DNA of 13,126 nucleotides from Octopus sinensis (Eukaryota), in the NCBI RefSeq assembly GCF_006345805.1, contig NW_021826387.1:1-13126 (forward strand), written 5' to 3'. Below, piece after piece: positions 8,860 to 13,126 of the stretch. Numbering within the stretch: position 1 is the stretch's first letter; each line of letters starts with the position of its first letter. A model generated the notes under the pieces. It saw only the letters and a list, made by a program, of their open reading frames with translations. It made no database searches and was not told where the DNA came from. The translations under genes and the position numbers were made by a program.

Positions 8860-9200
8860 GCGTATTGTTTCCTTCATGACGACGTTCCTTTGATAACTAC
8901 CGTATGAATAAATGCATAGTTTAGCATACCTCTACAACTGATAAAAACGATTGTACTGTCTTACAGTGGTGCAACAGAAAACACATTTAAGAGACGACAG
9001 TACCTACACATGCACTGTTTCAGACACCAACGTGCTATACGACATCTCGAACACAGATGGTCTGCGGATACACAACAACAACATTATAAAATTTTTCGTA
9101 AAAACTGTTTTGCCAAGGCTCTCCGTAAGAAAGATTATTCTGCACCTCATACCAAACCAGAATATATTCTCACCTTTAAAAATAAGTAATTCCAAAGAAA
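8860..9200 (+). mobile_element. Probable decayed GIY-YIG endonuclease of a Penelope-like element
   Basis: Stop-free frame 8920-9189: ..SYSGATENTFKRRQYLHMHCFRH..HLEHRWSADTQQQHYKIF.., resembling the PLE pattern YIG.TE..FK.RY.NH..SF..LS.HIW.LK....Y.I.W. An upstream frame gives NKCIV*H (IVY-like). Recognised by eye only. Confidence 0.6.
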
Positions 9201-9754
9201 CATTCCAATAAAATTAGCAATCGGGAAACAAAGACAAAGTCTTAATATTGCTGTTCAGGACAGAGAACCAACTGCTTTAGTGTATGATCTACCACAATAC
9301 CCGCATTCTACGCTGTGAAATGACCTGATATGGGTTAAAAGCAGGTTTGAGGTTTAGGATTAGGGCTTAGGTTTAAGGTTAGACTGCACATTAAAGATAT
9401 GAATTGCCAATTAGACCGCATACTAAACTAACACCCGGAAAACAAATCATCTGCCCATTTACAGAAGTCACCTGCTTAGGTGATGCAAATATATATATAT
9501 TATTTATATTATATGCATATATATACATATATGTACGTACCGACATCTACATGTATATATACATGCATATATAAATATATATATACGTACAGGACAACAC
9601 AAGAAGACGAAAAAATCAACAGAACGAAAACGGAGAAGACATTTTGTTACAACAGAAGGACAGAGACGTGGAACAAGACGAAACGAAAACGAAAACGGGA
9701 AAAACAATTATGTGCAGCAGAAAAACGAAGTACAAGACATGCTACACAAGGAAA

Positions 9755-9800
9755 AATCCCCTTCATCAGCTGTCGCTAGCAGACACGTGTTTCGAAGGCA
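9755..9800 (-). ncRNA. Hammerhead-ribozyme-like motif, type II permutation, imperfect stems
   Basis: Minus strand CCUUC-GAAA-CACGUGU-C-UGCUAGCGACAG-CUGAUGA-A-GGGG. Both core halves and a palindromic stem III are present; stem I is out of register by 1 nt and stem II needs two G:U pairs. Confidence 0.33.
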
Positions 9801-10164
9801 GAGACAGAACACGTAAGGTCAAGCTAGGCCTTCCTACGAGAGAATTAAAATAAAATAAACTCGTAGAGGGGTAAACGAGCAAGAAAAAATGTAACACAAA
9901 AAGGGACGTAACAAAGAACTGCACAAAAAATACATACAAGAAAAAAATACAAAATTAAAGATACATGTACATGAAAATACATAACGAGAATTAAATTACA
10001 ATACGAGAAATCAAAAATAAACAAGAGAAAAAACGAAAAAGACGAACGGGGGCCTTTGTTCTGGCATGGACGAGAGGGTAACTGGCGAGCGCGAGGAAAC
10101 ATGACCTTATGGCCTGAATGCAAATGGCGGAAAGGTTTAGCAGTGACGAAAGTGAGGAGGAGTA

Positions 10165-10165
10165 G

Positions 10166-10203
<38 letters not shown>

Positions 10204-10270
10204 TAGAGGAAGACACAGGCTAGAGAGAAGGGTGAGGTAGAGAGAGCAAGAGAGAGAGAGAGAGAGGGGA
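10165..10270. repeat. (GA)n/(GACA)n microsatellites
   Basis: Directly visible. Confidence 0.92.
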
Positions 10271-10559
10271 AGTTAAAGCAAAGGGAGAGAGTTTCGCATC
10301 ATTGTAGTAAACTGTAAAAACGGACAAAGAGGAGGGAACGGAACGAAGTGAGAATTCGAAAAATCGAAAATTCAAACGAACCCGACGCGAAGGCGCTCAG
10401 TCATACAATAGTGTAATAAATAAAATATATGCATACATACAAACATATATGTACGTACTGACATCTACATGTATATATACATGCATATATAAATATATAT
10501 ATATGTATGTATGTATATTCATATATACATATATTTATATTATATATATATATACTTAT

Positions 10560-10775
10560 GTGTGACTGTGTTTGTTTGTCACTCACCACTGCTGGACAAC
10601 CGGTGTTGGTGTGTTCACGTTCCCGCAACTTAGTGCTTCGGCAAAACATACTCACTGAATAAGTGCCATGTTTGAAGTAAAAATTAGTACCGGGGTCGAT
10701 TTATGGGACTAAATGTCTCTTCTAGGCTGTGCCCCAGCATGGCCGCAGTCTGATGAACGAAACAAGCAAAAGGTA
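10560..10775 (+). mobile_element. 3' half of the 5928-6388 SINE family, preceded by a TA-rich microsatellite
   Basis: GGACAACCGGTGTTGGTGTGTTCACG..TTCGGCAAAA..GAATAAGT..GGGGTCGATTT..CCAGCATGGCCGCAGTC..GAAACAAGCAAAAG. Confidence 0.88.
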
Positions 10776-11694
10776 AGCACATGAGGAGATATCGTCAAAG
10801 GATTACAGGTGTGCAAGCGAATCGACGAGTGACGGAGAAAGTGAACGGATGGGTTTCTAAGAATGAGGGAGAGAGAGAGAGAGGGTAGGAGAAACTTTGA
10901 AACATAGTAAATTGTTGTAGAGCGGTCTTTTGCCACTGTCTTTTGACAATGGTTGTCGCTCTGACAGATACTGTCGTATTCCGAAGTCGTCGACAAAATG
11001 GTTCTATCTGGCACTGTACGATCCCAGTGCTATTGTCCTCAAGCGATTGGATCGATATAACTCCACTCAGTATCACAGTATAATTACTATATCAACACAG
11101 ACACTACTATCAACACAGTCTACACGTACTCTGTCGTCCGGCTACTGGTTTATTCATAATGGCTGGGACTACCACTTTTTACCGGGAGGGGTGTACAGTT
11201 TTACAATACAACATAAATGTAATTTATCGTTGCTAAAATCCAGATTGAGTAAATGAGAGAGGGTAAGAGATCGTTGTATTCACAAACACCATCTTTAAGA
11301 GACAAATTGGAACTTAGAGTTCATCCTAAACAGTGGAGAGGGGTTGCGGACAGAGAATAAGAAATCCGCATTTCGGGAGAAATGTGGTTTACATGTAAAC
11401 AGCTATGCCAATTAAAGTACCTAAAATAAACATTTAACTTTATTTTCCTTATTAATTGGAACCACAGGATATGCAAGAGCCCACTTCAATAAAAAAAAAT
11501 GGCAGAATTTGTAGTCTTGGAGAAAGAACAAGTAAGATTCCATCATTCACGATCATTGGGGCAATGTATCTCTCGAAGACTTTTCACATTGGAAGAATGA
11601 ATGATTGCACGATGAAGGACGCAGACGAGATTCTATACAACCTTCTCACCGACCAGGTTGAAATAATCTCAAACATTTGAATCAGGAAGAAAAC

Positions 11695-11930
11695 ATGCAT
11701 ACATTGTATGTATGTGTGTATCTGTGTGTTGTGCGCGCACGTGTGTGTAAGTATATATATATATATATACATACATACATACATACATACATACATACAT
11801 ACATACATACATAAATACATACATACATACATACATAAATACATACATACATACATACAAATATGTATGTATACATGCGTATATGTATATATGCATATAT
11901 ACACACAGACATACACACACACACAGACAT

Positions 11931-11963
<33 letters not shown>

Positions 11964-12075
11964 CACATACACACATACACACATACATTCCACAAGCATG
12001 TCTTCTCACAGACCATATAAAACACTTGAATACATAGAATTGCTAACGTGTTAACACAGCAAGACATTGTCAAAT

Positions 12076-12108
<33 letters not shown>

Positions 12109-12155
12109 CATCTGTGTTTATGCATATTAACACACACACTCGCACACACACACTG
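11695..12155. repeat. Compound (TACA)/(TA)/(CA) microsatellites
   Basis: Directly visible, with a short non-repetitive spacer at ~11990-12075. Confidence 0.93.
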
Positions 12156-12379
12156 GGAATACAGCATTCAGTCTTTGAGATTTCAGTTGAAGTTCTGCCA
12201 CTAGCAGTAACATAGATCCCATAACATATTTTTCTCTTGCTATTTCCTCCAGATGGTAAAGACATTGTCAAACAGCGGTGAAAATGTTTTCACTTTATTT
12301 TATTTTTATTTTATTTTATTTTATTATATTATATTCATTCTCTCACAATTTATCCTACACATTTTTGTTAATCTGAGAT

Positions 12380-12551
12380 CGTACACACAACACACACACA
12401 CACACACACACGCATACACACACGCTCACACACGCTCACACACGCACATACGTGTAATCAGTCTCATTGAACCCACTACCCGATGGTATAGACATGTATG
12501 TATATGTCTTTCTCGAGCCATATATATATATATAATGTATATTATATATAT

Positions 12552-12590
<39 letters not shown>

Positions 12591-12956
12591 TTATCTATAT
12601 ATATATATATATAATACATATATAATATACATATACATATAATATATATATTACATATATATGTTTATATACATATATATATACATATATATATATACAT
12701 ATATATATACATATATATATAGTATATACATATATATATATATATATGTATATATATATGAATGCATGTATGTATGTATTTATATGTATATGTACTTATA
12801 TATATAGATGTGTGCGTGTGTACACATATATATGTATGTATGTATATATACATATACGTACATATATATATTCATTTATTTATTTACTAATGCATATAAA
12901 AATATTTAATATTTTAATGCACAATTACACATTTGCCCCTGTATATATAATATGTG

Positions 12957-13007
<51 letters not shown>

Positions 13008-13126
13008 CATGATGTAGCAAAACTGAAAAAAAAAAAATTTCGCGACATAAATGTATTAAAATACACACCTCTATCTGTCTCACTCACACTCATGTGCACA
13101 CACATGCGAACACACGTGTGTGTATG
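12380..13126. repeat. Compound (CA)n, (TA)n, (TACA)n and (TG)n microsatellites
   Basis: Directly visible, with short unique spacers. Confidence 0.93.

Larger units (their letters stand above)
9525..10503. repeat. ~0.9-kb strongly purine-rich (+ strand) unit bounded by 61-bp direct repeats (9525-9585, 10443-10503)
   Basis: ACATATATGTACGTAC[C/T]GACATCTACATGTATATATACATGCATATATAAATATATATATA occurs twice, 60/61 identical, 918 bp apart. Confidence 0.85.

Noticed and set aside
9345-9382. Telomere-like GGTTTAGGATTAGGGCTTAGGTTTAAGGTTAG
   Set aside because: Only one exact TTAGGG and about five degenerate units; too short to call an interstitial telomere.
10748-10766. CTGATGAACGAAAC, a hammerhead-core look-alike on +
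   Set aside because: No room for stem II and no stem III or NUH site; it is a mutated SINE tail (cf. CAAATTACTGAAAC at 6350).
10795-11256. ORFs 10795-11076, 10709-11014 and 10930-11256
   Set aside because: No recognisable motif; they overlap on both strands and partly run through a (GA)n tract.
11468-11531. Possible 64-nt exon (CACAG|...|GTAAGA) and ORF 11456-11680
   Set aside because: Splice-like signals of this strength are common in AT-rich DNA; no homology or partner exons.
12230-12280. Strong acceptor-like TTTTCTCTTGCTATTTCCTCCAG followed by ATG/GTAAAG
   Set aside because: A micro-exon cannot be supported without RNA data.

Overview
Repeat-saturated eukaryotic intergenic or intronic DNA with no intact host gene that I can support. 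I recognise the SINE families and microsatellite load as Octopus-like (coleoid cephalopod); this is pattern recognition, not a database result. Bases ~195-3308 are retrotransposon fossils: a decayed RTE-type LINE RT (GxKxG and YTDD motifs), then three stacked, same-strand 3' ends of R4/Dong-type restriction-like-endonuclease elements associated with (TAA)n arrays. The middle holds about ten tRNA-derived SINE copies or fragments on both strands, a 42-bp-arm hairpin and a 166-bp tandem duplication. Around 8.9-10.5 kb there is a probable Penelope-like GIY-YIG relic that the ORF track missed. Next to it is a ~0.9-kb strand-asymmetric unit bounded by 61-bp direct repeats, carrying a permuted, imperfect hammerhead-ribozyme-like motif on the minus strand. 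Nearly all other listed ORFs are microsatellite artefacts.
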